Below are positions 55,338-64,000 of a DNA stretch of 64,000 nt, in pieces. Each line of letters opens with the position of its first letter. Position 1 is the first letter of the stretch. Source of the DNA: Candidatus Adlerbacteria bacterium (GTDB lineage Bacteria; Patescibacteriota; Minisyncoccia; Phycocordibacterales; SBAW01). A program made the position numbers and the translations under genes. The DNA is taken from positions 299 to 64,298 of the forward strand of contig CAINNF010000008.1 of assembly GCA_903851045.1 (NCBI GenBank), written 5' to 3'. The notes beneath the pieces are model-generated. The model did no database searches, was not told where the DNA came from, and was given only the letters and a program-made list of their open reading frames with translations.

Positions 55338-56730
55338 GGTGGCGCTGTTTTTTGCGTCGTACCCGATCATACAGGACAGCGAGCGCATAGAGCGCGAACA
55401 CGAACATGAAGGCCTGTACTGGCAGACGATACCGTGCAGTGATACCAAGTCCCGCAATCAAGGTCGTGAGGGCGCTATAGAGGACCACGACGACCATAAT
55501 GCTCGCATATCGCGTCGTTTGTTCGCGTCGCAGGTACCACCACGAACCGATGAAGAACAGTATGGTCGTCACGACCCAAAAGATCCTTCCGAACAAAACG
55601 AAGATGGACGGAGTCAACGCGACCTGCGCGATGACGCTCACGAGCGTCGCCGGAGATGAGAACAGCACGAACAGTGCTGGCTTACCAAAACGCAATGAAG
55701 TAGACGCACCGATGTGGCGTAAAAAGTCGAGCACCCCATCACTGGTGAAAAAGCTGACACCTGTATTCACGCCGATGATCACCAAACCCTTCTTGTGTTC
55801 CAAGAGCAGCGGCACGGCAAGACGCGTGTACGGCTTCCCTTTGGTGATGTCTGCGTCGTTCGGACCCTGCACACCATTGCTCGTAATGGTGTCGTACTCG
55901 TGCTGCCAGCTGGTGCCGTGCTCGACACTCAGCACGGAGGGTAGCAGGACGGTGTATAGATTCACCCCAAGCTGCGGGCTTAGATCGGCGACACCGAACA
56001 CCACTTCGTTCCGACACAGCCACGGCGTGATGACCGCAACAAACATGAGTAGGTACGCGATTACCGACAAGTATACTTTTTTTGAAAGATGTTTCCGCGC
56101 ATCCCACACCATACACGCCGCGATGAACACCGGGAGATACTCGACGGCTGGCCTGGTCAAACACGCGAGTCCCAACAAACCTGCCGAAGCGAGGAGCGGC
56201 CAGAGCTGCTTCCGAGCGAAGTACCGAAACAAACACCAGAACGATAGGAAGGATAGGAATATGAATACTATCTCGCTATAGAAAAAGGTTGAATAGAGTA
56301 TGCCGCTCGGCTCAAGCGCGAGCAGTATCCCTACCGCCGCGATCATCCGACGCGACGTGAGCACATACGAGGCGAGTATCATGCCTAGGACCGGCAACAT
56401 GCTGCCGATGACCATTTGCAACAGTATCGACCCCAAAAAGCCATGGAACAACCAATAGGACCCGACGATAAAGTAGAAGTAGAGCGGTGGACGGAACGAG
56501 TACGGCAGATACGGAGCCGATGAGGAGTCAGTAAAACCGTGTCCCGCGATGATATTCTTCGCCACCGTAAAGTATCCGTCCGCCCCACTGATCGCACCGA
56601 ACAGGTCGCCGCCATAGTGCGCGATGCTCAGTTCAAGGTAAAGAAAGCGTACCGCAAAGGCGAGGATGAAGACGAGTACCTCCAGGCGATAGGTGGTGAA
56701 AAAAGTCTGTAGTTTTTGGCGTAGCGTCAT
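55330..56730 (-). CDS. GT39/GT83-like (PMT/ArnT-type) polyprenol-phosphate-sugar-dependent integral membrane glycosyltransferase
   Basis: About 12 TM helices. N-terminal loop YLELSIAHYGGDLFGAISGADGYFTVAKNIIAGHGF is typical of PMT_2/ArnT-like transferases. ATGA overlap with the upstream methyltransferase. Confidence 0.7.
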   Translation of the reverse strand: MTLRQKLQTFFTTYRLEVLVFILAFAVRFLYLELSIAHYGGDLFGAISGADGYFTVAKNIIAGHGFTDSSSAPYLPYSFRPPLYFYFIVGSYWLFHGFLGSILLQMVIGSMLPVLGMILASYVLTSRRMIAAVGILLALEPSGILYSTFFYSEIVFIFLSFLSFWCLFRYFARKQLWPLLASAGLLGLACLTRPAVEYLPVFIAACMVWDARKHLSKKVYLSVIAYLLMFVAVITPWLCRNEVVFGVADLSPQLGVNLYTVLLPSVLSVEHGTSWQHEYDTITSNGVQGPNDADITKGKPYTRLAVPLLLEHKKGLVIIGVNTGVSFFTSDGVLDFLRHIGASTSLRFGKPALFVLFSSPATLVSVIAQVALTPSIFVLFGRIFWVVTTILFFIGSWWYLRREQTTRYASIMVVVVLYSALTTLIAGLGITARYRLPVQAFMFVFALYALAVLYDRVRRKKQRHHA

Positions 56731-57398
56731 TGTGGGGTGTATTGATAGAGAGCGATATGAAAGAGGTCGAACGGCCACAGGAGCGGCACCTGTCGTCGGG
56801 CAAGTCTCCTAAAACCTTCCTTGCGGACGATTGCATCGATTTGCCGAGCGTTGTGGTAGTGCACTCCGGCTCCCGGACCGGACTCTTGCGAATAGGTCCC
56901 CTTCAACAAGAATCGCAACGATTTATACAACACCGACTCTACGGGTTCGCTCGTAATGAGGTACCCCCCAGGACGCACGACTCGGACGAACTCCAACAGC
57001 GGCGCACGCAGGTCTTGCATGTGTTCAAGCGTGTCGAGACACACGATCGCATCGATGGACGAGTCTGCCAGGTGCGTCTGTTCAAGATGCTCGACACGAA
57101 ACGTAACCCCGGGGATAGTGCGAGCAAGGTCGAGTACCGCAGGGTTGAGGTCGAGTCCATACAATTCTTGATACGGGAGGTGTGCTGCTTGTATGCACTT
57201 GATGAACGACCCATCTCCGCATCCGATGTCGGCTATCACCTGCGCGCTGGTCGCACGCACGTACTCAAGAGCGACCCTCAGACGTGACGCAAAAAGCCAA
57301 CGCACCACGGGATTTTTTGACTGATACTCCGGCACAATCATCGAAAGCGGAATATCTAACTTTTGTTTTGTATCAATAGATGCCATAGCGATAACCAC
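56727..57398 (-). CDS. Class I SAM-dependent methyltransferase
   Basis: 223 aa. Motif I VIADIGCGDGSF. Confidence 0.7.
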   Translation of the reverse strand: MVIAMASIDTKQKLDIPLSMIVPEYQSKNPVVRWLFASRLRVALEYVRATSAQVIADIGCGDGSFIKCIQAAHLPYQELYGLDLNPAVLDLARTIPGVTFRVEHLEQTHLADSSIDAIVCLDTLEHMQDLRAPLLEFVRVVRPGGYLITSEPVESVLYKSLRFLLKGTYSQESGPGAGVHYHNARQIDAIVRKEGFRRLARRQVPLLWPFDLFHIALYQYTPQ

Positions 57399-57401
57399 GA
57401 C

Positions 57402-57899
57402 TTATACATCGTCCTCACGTGAGCATAGCACATCTCGTGCGGGATGAAGCTTCGCCTCTCGTGCAAAGATACCGTAGCGGTACAGAAAAAAACTTGAACA
57501 GGCGATGAGCACGCTCGAGATCGCCTGTGCGAGAATATACCATATATGGAGACCTTCGACGAGCACGTACAGTAACGCGATATTGATACCGAAGTTGCCC
57601 ACCGTCACCGAAAAAAAAGCGAACGCCTGCAGGTGCATCCGTTCGATCGAGTGGTCCCGAAATGTCCAAAATTTTTGGAGAGCGAAACCGATCCCGGCGG
57701 CGCATACGAACGAGACACAAGCGGACGCAAGGTAGTACAACCGAGCGTACTCGGTGAGCACGTATAATAAGCCGATATTACAGCCTGCCCCAAGCGTTCC
57801 GGAGATCAAAAACCTCCCCACCGTCTTTATGATCGTGTGGTGTGCCCTGGTACGCACATAAAGCGCCGAGAGTATTCGCATAATCCAAAATACATACAT
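57402..57899 (-). CDS. GtrA-family small membrane protein
   Basis: 165 aa, 4 TM helices. Motif GRFLISGTLGAGCNIGLLYVL is typical of GtrA. Confidence 0.75.
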   Translation of the reverse strand: MYVFWIMRILSALYVRTRAHHTIIKTVGRFLISGTLGAGCNIGLLYVLTEYARLYYLASACVSFVCAAGIGFALQKFWTFRDHSIERMHLQAFAFFSVTVGNFGINIALLYVLVEGLHIWYILAQAISSVLIACSSFFLYRYGIFAREAKLHPARDVLCSREDDV

Positions 57900-58064
57900 G
57901 ACTGTACCATACCTTCATCCCACACCATGTGCGCTATGGAAACTCCATAGGAGCTATTGTCAATATGTTTTGAGTCCTCACTCGTCAGTGCCGTGTAGTT
58001 GACACCTCGCTTATTTTTAGTACTGTGTTTTTAGTTTTGTCATAACATAAGGAGTACGTCGAAC

Positions 58065-58550
58065 ATGAGCGAACCGCGGTTAGCTCCGATCGTTGGGGCA
58101 CTACCGAGCGTCCGTGATGTCGGTTTGCGGCCACTGCCTCCCGATGACCCAGCCAGTCCGAAAGGGCGCAACACCTGGAACTGGCCCTTCCCGGCCAACC
58201 CCATACCGGGACAGACCATGATTGCTCGTCGCTTCACAGGCGATGCGGTGGGCGGTCACTTCCACGTACGCCGCACCCAAGACGCGCTGCACAACAAGGA
58301 TCCCGAATATCTGCTACTCATAACAGGCAGAGCCCATTTTTGGTTCCAAGATACGTCCGGCGAAGAGGTCGAGATGGTTTTGGACGCCACGATGGGGCCG
58401 CAGGAGGTGCGCATACCGCCGTACATCCTGCACATAGTGACGGTCTTGAGCGACATGATCATATTCATCGAACAACAACCGGCCGCATATGACCCGAAGA
58501 TGACCTATAACGCGGACGAGTTCGAACTACTTGTCGCGTCGCTCAAGTAA
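58065..58550 (+). CDS. Cupin-fold protein, possibly sugar ketoisomerase/epimerase (WxcM/FdtA-like)
   Basis: 161 aa. HFH motif (GGHFHVRR) in a beta-barrel-sized protein, just upstream of the C-methyltransferase and epimerase/dehydratase genes. Confidence 0.4.
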   Translation: MSEPRLAPIVGALPSVRDVGLRPLPPDDPASPKGRNTWNWPFPANPIPGQTMIARRFTGDAVGGHFHVRRTQDALHNKDPEYLLLITGRAHFWFQDTSGEEVEMVLDATMGPQEVRIPPYILHIVTVLSDMIIFIEQQPAAYDPKMTYNADEFELLVASLK

Positions 58551-58650
58551 CGGTAACGACAACAGTGTGCGAGGCGCGACCGATCGGTCGCGCCTCTTTT
58601 TATATGGCTTGTTCATTTGCACCCGTGGTCGTTTTCCTTATACTGGACCC

Positions 58651-59832
58651 ATGACATGCCGCATCTGTGCTAAGGAGACATTAGTCGAGTTCATCGATCT
58701 AGGGCAACAGCCGCTCGCGAACAAATATCCGAAACCAGAAGAGTTCGCAACGGAGGATTTTTTCCCGCTCAAGGTGTTCTTTTGTACCTCGTGTAAGGCG
58801 GTGCAGCTCGGTACGGTCGTGTCGCGCGAACGCATGTTCGTCGACTACTACTACCTCTCATCGGTCAACCCAGGGTTGGTGCGACACTTCGAGGAGTTCG
58901 CCCGGTCGCTCGCATCCGCGAAGTTCGTGGTCGACGTCGGCTCCAATGACGGTATACTGCTGCGGCCGCTCAAGGCGCTCGGAGTCAAAGCGATCGGTAT
59001 CGAACCCTCCATCAACGTCTCGAAGATCGCGAACGACCAGGGTCTCACCACCATGACCGCGTTCCTCAACGACGAGTCCGCTGCGGCGCTGGTCGCACAG
59101 CATGGTAAGGCCGATGTCGTGGTGACCTCGAGCGTCTTCACACACCTGGAAGATCCACACCAGTTCATCGAAGCGACGAAGAAGGTCATGACCGATGACG
59201 GTTCGTTCATCATCGAGGTCGAATATATCGGGAACATGCTGAAGAACGTGCAGTTCGAACGGTTCTACTTCGACCGCGTGTTCTACTACTCGGTGACCTC
59301 GCTACGCGACCTCTTCGCCGCCCACGGTATGTACGTCTCCGACGTCGAGCATATCGAACAGCACGGCGGGTCCATCCGTGTCACCACGCATCTGGTGGGT
59401 CACGGACCCGAGCCGTCGGCACGCTTCGCCGCATATATCGAAGAGGAGCGCACGACCATGGACCAGCCATCGCTCGAACACTTCGCGAAGCTCTCCAACG
59501 AGTATGTCGCCGCGTTCAAGCACAAACTCATCGAATACAAAGAAGCGGGGCTTCGCGTGGCAGGCTACGGTGCCCCGGCGCGCGTCGCCACCATCTGCAA
59601 CTTCGGCGACATCGGCCCGTCGCTTATCGAGTTCATCATCGACGACAGTCCGCTCAAGCAGCACCGCTGCAGCCCTGGGACGCACATACCGATCGAACCG
59701 AACACCCACCTTGCCGACCACCGGCCGGACGTACTGGTCGTGTTCGCCTACGAATACTTCGATGACATCAAAAAGAAGGTCCAGGGCAACTACCGGTTCC
59801 TGATCCCGATCCCCCCTCGAGAAGTGGCGTGA
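58651..59832 (+). CDS. NDP-hexose C-methyltransferase-like (TylCIII family) with N-terminal Zn-ribbon
   Basis: Starts at MTCRICAKE (ATG 58651). Zn ribbon CRIC...CTSC. SAM motif VVDVGSNDGILL. C-terminal C-methyltransferase-like domain. Confidence 0.7.
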   Translation: MTCRICAKETLVEFIDLGQQPLANKYPKPEEFATEDFFPLKVFFCTSCKAVQLGTVVSRERMFVDYYYLSSVNPGLVRHFEEFARSLASAKFVVDVGSNDGILLRPLKALGVKAIGIEPSINVSKIANDQGLTTMTAFLNDESAAALVAQHGKADVVVTSSVFTHLEDPHQFIEATKKVMTDDGSFIIEVEYIGNMLKNVQFERFYFDRVFYYSVTSLRDLFAAHGMYVSDVEHIEQHGGSIRVTTHLVGHGPEPSARFAAYIEEERTTMDQPSLEHFAKLSNEYVAAFKHKLIEYKEAGLRVAGYGAPARVATICNFGDIGPSLIEFIIDDSPLKQHRCSPGTHIPIEPNTHLADHRPDVLVVFAYEYFDDIKKKVQGNYRFLIPIPPREVA

Positions 59833-59884
59833 CCAGCCGCCCGCAATCTGGCATCTTTCCTCCACTATGGTATAGTGGCCCGCG

Positions 59885-60973
59885 ATGCAAGAAGCAATCG
59901 TATGGGAGGACATAGCGACCATCGGCAAGAATCTCGGAGCCGAAGCGCACAAGCTCGAAGGTAAGACCGTTCTTATCAGTGGCGGTTCAGGGTTTCTTGG
60001 TAAATACCTCATCGGAGCACTGTGCTACCTTAACGACACGACGCTCGCGAAGCCGTGCCGTATCATATCCGTCGACAATTTCATCACCGGACAGCCACAC
60101 CCGGATTTTAATTTTAGATTGCGCGACGACGTCCTCGAGGTGTGGGGTGACGTCTCCCAGCCCCTCCCCGTCCGTGAGGATATCCATTACATCATCCACG
60201 CCGCCGGACTCGCCTCACCGGTGTATTACAAAAAGTATCCACTGGAAACCATCGAAAGTGCCGTCACTGGCGTGAAGAACCTCCTCGAACTCGCCCGCAA
60301 GAACAAAGGGCTGGAAGGATTCCTGTTCTTCAGCTCAAGCGAGATCTACGGCGACCCCGACGAGAAGGCGGTACCGACACCCGAGACCTACCACGGCTAC
60401 GTCTCTTCGGTCGGGCCGCGAGCATGCTACGACGAATCCAAGCGCCTGGGAGAGACGATCTCGACGATCTACAACGAACAATTCGGCATACCCGTCACCA
60501 TCGTGCGTCCGTTCAACGTCTTTGGCCCGGGCATGGGTCACGCCGACCGACGCGTGCTCCCCATGTTCGCGTACAAAGCGCTCAACAAGCAGCCGATACC
60601 CGTGCACGGCGACGGACACCAGACGCGCACGTTCTGCTATATCACCGATGCTGCCACCGGCTTTTTGAAGGTCCTCCTCATGGGCACACCCGGCGAGGCG
60701 TACAATATCGGAAGCGCGGACAACGAGATATCGATGCGCAACCTTGCGAAACTGTTCGTCGAGATCGAGGGGAACGGTGCATCGTACCAGATGATACCCT
60801 ACCCGACCAACTACCCTGCCGGTGAGCCACAACGACGTTGCCCAGACATCTCGAAAGCGAAACGAGAACTGAACTTCATACCAAAAGTAGACCTCAAGAG
60901 CGGGCTGTCTCGGTTCATCGACTGGTGCAGGACCGACCCGCGCTACTCCGAAGGAGCCTCGCAGGACGCCTAG
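59885..60973 (+). CDS. NAD-dependent sugar-nucleotide epimerase/dehydratase (extended SDR, UDP-glucuronate decarboxylase/dTDP-glucose-4,6-dehydratase-like)
   Basis: 362 aa. Motif VLISGGSGFLGKYL (GxxGxxG). Catalytic SSSEIYG...YDESKRLGE (YxxxK). Confidence 0.85.
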   Translation: MQEAIVWEDIATIGKNLGAEAHKLEGKTVLISGGSGFLGKYLIGALCYLNDTTLAKPCRIISVDNFITGQPHPDFNFRLRDDVLEVWGDVSQPLPVREDIHYIIHAAGLASPVYYKKYPLETIESAVTGVKNLLELARKNKGLEGFLFFSSSEIYGDPDEKAVPTPETYHGYVSSVGPRACYDESKRLGETISTIYNEQFGIPVTIVRPFNVFGPGMGHADRRVLPMFAYKALNKQPIPVHGDGHQTRTFCYITDAATGFLKVLLMGTPGEAYNIGSADNEISMRNLAKLFVEIEGNGASYQMIPYPTNYPAGEPQRRCPDISKAKRELNFIPKVDLKSGLSRFIDWCRTDPRYSEGASQDA

Positions 60974-62145
60974 CTACGCAGTGTGCGTTTGCGCAACTCG
61001 CGGATGATGTTCTGCATGAGCGCGTCCACTCGGAAATACCGCACGAACGCATCGCGTGCGTTCTGTTGCATCTCTTGAAACTTCGCGTCGGTGAGTCCCG
61101 CATGGAACTGCGCGACGATCTCCGGCAGACGGTGCATGTCACGAAAGTCGACGACGAGACTGAACGTGGAGTAGTCCAACGTGTCGCTGAACGGCAGGCA
61201 CCGCTCCGTATCGATGATCAGTGGGATGCGCCCAAGCGACGCGATCTCGAACAGGCGCGTCGAGGCATTCGGGTCGCCACGTGCATCGAGCCCGTAGTCG
61301 CTACTGAGCAGATTGTCGACGAGTTCTTGTTGCAGCTCCTTCGGGGGCTTCTCTGCGGTATGTGTGTGGGCAGAGTACGATGACCGCACGTTGAAGTGCG
61401 TCTCGACGAGCGGTGAGCGACGCAGGATGGCTACCGCCTCGCGCCGAAAGAAGATACCTTTCTTCATCGATCGGTATCGAGTGTCGAAGATCCCTCGTAA
61501 ACGCGCCGGGAGCTCTTTGACTATAGAGCGAACCTCTTGCTTGAGGGTCATGGACGCCCACCCGGAGAACGCGACGATCGGCCGCTCCGACTTCGCGCGC
61601 AGCGAAAGCTTCCCATCGCAAAAGACCTCCAGTAGGTCGTCCGCATACGGCGGGAGATGGATATCGTGTTCGTGCGGCAAGAACCGATACCCGGCCCAGC
61701 GCAGGACGAACGTGTTCGGCAGGTCGATCGGCACCTCGACGTCGCTCATAGCGTCGACGAGAAGTGGGATGTGGGCGCGCTGCGCCACCTCATGACACGT
61801 CTGGAGCAGCTCGGGGAAACAACGCCGTACGACGTTATGCGAGTACGGCATCAGTACCGCATCGGCCTTCGCCAGCACGTCGGTGATCGCGTAGACCGAG
61901 GTGTCGAACGAGTGCCGCTCGAACAAAGCATGCTGCAGTGGCGTGCGCGACGGGTCGAGCGTGTTGCCCCAAAACGGGTATAGGAGCGCCGTATGTTGCC
62001 CTTCTCGGCGCCATGCGGGGTCGACATAGAACGTCATGAAATCGTTGTGCATCCGCCCATTGTACCCCAAAAGCTGCGCTAGACCATTGCGTCCCTCTTG
62101 AGCCGGCATGGTAGAATGGTCGAGATCATGGCAACTGAGCCTCAC
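60970..62145 (-). CDS. Exostosin (GT47)-like glycosyltransferase, paralogue A
   Basis: 391 aa. C-terminal DYGLDARGDPNASTRLFEIASLGRIPLIIDTERCLPFSDTLDYSTFSLVVDFRDMHRLPEIV matches the exostosin pattern CxxPxG..S.R..E....GCIPV......LPF...DW..FSV.V. The true start may be the internal MHNDFMTFYVDPAW. Confidence 0.45.
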   Translation of the reverse strand: MRLSCHDLDHSTMPAQEGRNGLAQLLGYNGRMHNDFMTFYVDPAWRREGQHTALLYPFWGNTLDPSRTPLQHALFERHSFDTSVYAITDVLAKADAVLMPYSHNVVRRCFPELLQTCHEVAQRAHIPLLVDAMSDVEVPIDLPNTFVLRWAGYRFLPHEHDIHLPPYADDLLEVFCDGKLSLRAKSERPIVAFSGWASMTLKQEVRSIVKELPARLRGIFDTRYRSMKKGIFFRREAVAILRRSPLVETHFNVRSSYSAHTHTAEKPPKELQQELVDNLLSSDYGLDARGDPNASTRLFEIASLGRIPLIIDTERCLPFSDTLDYSTFSLVVDFRDMHRLPEIVAQFHAGLTDAKFQEMQQNARDAFVRYFRVDALMQNIIRELRKRTLRS

Positions 62146-63243
62146 GACCGATTACTGTTCTACGTCGACCCTGCGTGGCAGAAACTGCCCGGCCCATACT
62201 CGTTGCTGCTGTATCCGTTCTGGGGTGACCAGTCGAGCGCTTCGAGTCCTTTTCGAAAGATGGCGCTCGAGTCGTATCCACTCGACATGATGCAGTACGG
62301 TATCACCGCCGACCTCGACGCGGCTGACGCCGTGCTCATGCCGTTCTCTGACGAGATCGCAGCACGATACCACCCGACGCTTCTCGCCGAATGCCAGGAG
62401 CTATCACGCACCTCGGGTCTCCATCTGGTCATCGACGGCATGGGGCATCTCGAAACCCCCTTCCGACTCCCGAACGCGAGCATCATACGATACGGTGGAT
62501 ACCGATTCGAGACCGGTCCATCCGAGATCCATGTCACCCCGTTCGCCGATGACCTGCTCGAACGCTACAAGGGCGGCACGCTCACCGTGCGCCCCAAACA
62601 GGACCGTCCGAGCATCAGCTTCGTCGGGTGGGCGCATCTCACACCGAGCCTGCGCGCGAAGAGCATCATCAAGGAACTGCCCGACCGTCTGCACGGCTTC
62701 ATCGACAGCCGCTATCGAACCAAGAAGAAAGGACTCTTCTTTCGAGAACGAGCACTGCGAGCGCTCAACGCGTCGCCACTGGTCGACGCGAAGACCATCG
62801 CGCGGCCTACCTATTCGGGAAGCATCAAGACCGTCGTTGGCGACATAGAGACCGCGCGTCGTGAGTTCGTCGATACGATGTTCGACTGCGACTACGGCCT
62901 CGAAGTACGCGGCAATTCGAACGTCTCGACCCGACTGTCCGAGATCACCGGACTTGGACGCATACCGGTGATCATCGATACGCAGCGGAATCTCCCCTTT
63001 GGGGACGAACTCGACTACTGCGACTTCAGCCTCGTTGTCGACTTCCGTACACTCGACAAACTGCCACGCATCCTGCACGACTTCCACGCAAACCTATCCG
63101 ACGCGCAATTCGCACAAATGCAACGCAACGCGCGCGACGCATACGTGTCGCACATGCGCCCGGACGCGGTCATGTCCTACGTCGTCCGCCGCATCCGTCA
63201 GAACATGGACCGTCTGGGGAGCACTCGTCGAATAGCACGCTAG
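62098..63243 (+). CDS. Exostosin (GT47)-like glycosyltransferase, paralogue B (divergent from A)
   Basis: 381 aa, co-linear with paralogue A (FYVDPAW, LLYPFWG, DAVLMP, DYGLEVRGNSNVSTRLSEITGLGRIPVIIDTQRNLPFGDELDYCDFSLVVDF). The true start may be the internal MATEPHD. Confidence 0.45.
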   Translation: MSRHGRMVEIMATEPHDRLLFYVDPAWQKLPGPYSLLLYPFWGDQSSASSPFRKMALESYPLDMMQYGITADLDAADAVLMPFSDEIAARYHPTLLAECQELSRTSGLHLVIDGMGHLETPFRLPNASIIRYGGYRFETGPSEIHVTPFADDLLERYKGGTLTVRPKQDRPSISFVGWAHLTPSLRAKSIIKELPDRLHGFIDSRYRTKKKGLFFRERALRALNASPLVDAKTIARPTYSGSIKTVVGDIETARREFVDTMFDCDYGLEVRGNSNVSTRLSEITGLGRIPVIIDTQRNLPFGDELDYCDFSLVVDFRTLDKLPRILHDFHANLSDAQFAQMQRNARDAYVSHMRPDAVMSYVVRRIRQNMDRLGSTRRIAR

Positions 63244-63276
63244 ACAACCAACTTCACCCTGTGATAGCTTGAATGC

Positions 63277-63951
63277 ATGTCTATGATTAAAGATCTCGTC
63301 AAAACAAAAATTAAACATCTACTCGGCAAAGGTTCGTACCGCGCGTTCGGTCAGAACGGCGAGGATGCGATGATACACGCGCTCCTGCGCGGTATCGACA
63401 AAGGCACCTACGTCGATGTCGGCGCATACAACCCCATCCTCTATTCCAACACCTACGGCTTGTACCGCGAGGGTTGGAGCGGTATCACGATCGACCCGAA
63501 CCCGGCGGTCCAGCCACTGCATCGTATCCTGCGACCACGCGACACGTTCGTGCTCGGAGGTGTGTCGAACGTCGAGAAGGAGTGCGACTACTATCGATTT
63601 ACGGATGGCGCATACAACACCTTCGACCCGGAGGTCGCCGAGGACCTAAAGACGAAACGATACCCGCGCTTCATCAGAAAGGAGACCTCGCACCTTTATC
63701 CCCTGCACTCTATCCTCAAGAAGAACAACATCACCAAGGTCGATTTTCTCGACGTGGATGTCGAGGGTCTCGACGTGGAAGTGTTGGAGTCATTCGACTG
63801 GAACCTGGCACCACGCGTGGTCGCTATCGAGAGTCGTTCGTTCAAGCCGGAGACCATGACCGCCGACCCAGCATACGTGTTCCTACGCAATCACGGCTAC
63901 GTACTCGCGGGCTTTCTCAAATACACCCTTGTGTTCGTACACCAAGGCTAA
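63277..63951 (+). CDS. FkbM-family methyltransferase
   Basis: 224 aa. Motifs YVDVGAYNPILYSN...FLDVDVEGLDVEVL. Confidence 0.65.
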   Translation: MSMIKDLVKTKIKHLLGKGSYRAFGQNGEDAMIHALLRGIDKGTYVDVGAYNPILYSNTYGLYREGWSGITIDPNPAVQPLHRILRPRDTFVLGGVSNVEKECDYYRFTDGAYNTFDPEVAEDLKTKRYPRFIRKETSHLYPLHSILKKNNITKVDFLDVDVEGLDVEVLESFDWNLAPRVVAIESRSFKPETMTADPAYVFLRNHGYVLAGFLKYTLVFVHQG

Positions 63952-64000
63952 CGCTTAGTTCGTCTTGAACAGGAAGAACCGATGACCCGGGTCATCGGCG

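Overview
High-GC (about 60%) bacterial chromosomal segment, densely coding and mostly on the minus strand. Three parts stand out. (1) The 5' third (about 1-13.2 kb) holds a two-component system (7TM sensor histidine kinase plus receiver-only response regulator), next to an unusual trio of tandem nitroreductase, PaaK/F390-synthetase-like adenylating enzyme and ThiF/E1-like enzyme, followed by secA, murB and a Wzy_C/O-antigen-ligase-TPR membrane protein. (2) A very large cell-surface glycan biosynthesis locus runs from about 13.3-36.5 kb and resumes at about 46.2-64 kb. It includes the ADP-heptose pathway (gmhB, split hldE kinase and adenylyltransferase, GT9 heptosyltransferase), a nonulosonic-acid module (NeuB/PseI-like synthase plus NeuA/PseF-like cytidylyltransferase), a DegT aminotransferase, a Gfo/Idh/MocA oxidoreductase, a B12-radical-SAM enzyme, two Zn-ribbon C-methyltransferases, three FkbM and three class I methyltransferases, GT2/GT4/GT9/GT11-like/GT39-like/GT47(exostosin)-like glycosyltransferases, GtrA, an ABC exporter, and PDH-E1 alpha/beta homologues with the alpha subunit fused to a Zn-alcohol dehydrogenase. 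(3) The glycan locus is interrupted by an about 9.3 kb lower-GC island (about 36.9-46.25 kb). It encodes a roughly 2,800-aa secreted SpvB/FG-GAP/YD-repeat Rhs polymorphic toxin, split by a frameshift at a G5 run. The toxin carries a glycine-rich insert, a canonical Rhs core and a novel glycine-zipper hydrophobic C-terminal domain, and is followed 2 nt downstream by a small 2-TM candidate immunity protein. The island is bracketed by an about 256-bp direct duplication of the 3' end of the E1-beta gene, and its left junction has a perfect 22-bp inverted repeat. No rRNA, tRNA or CRISPR array was recognised.
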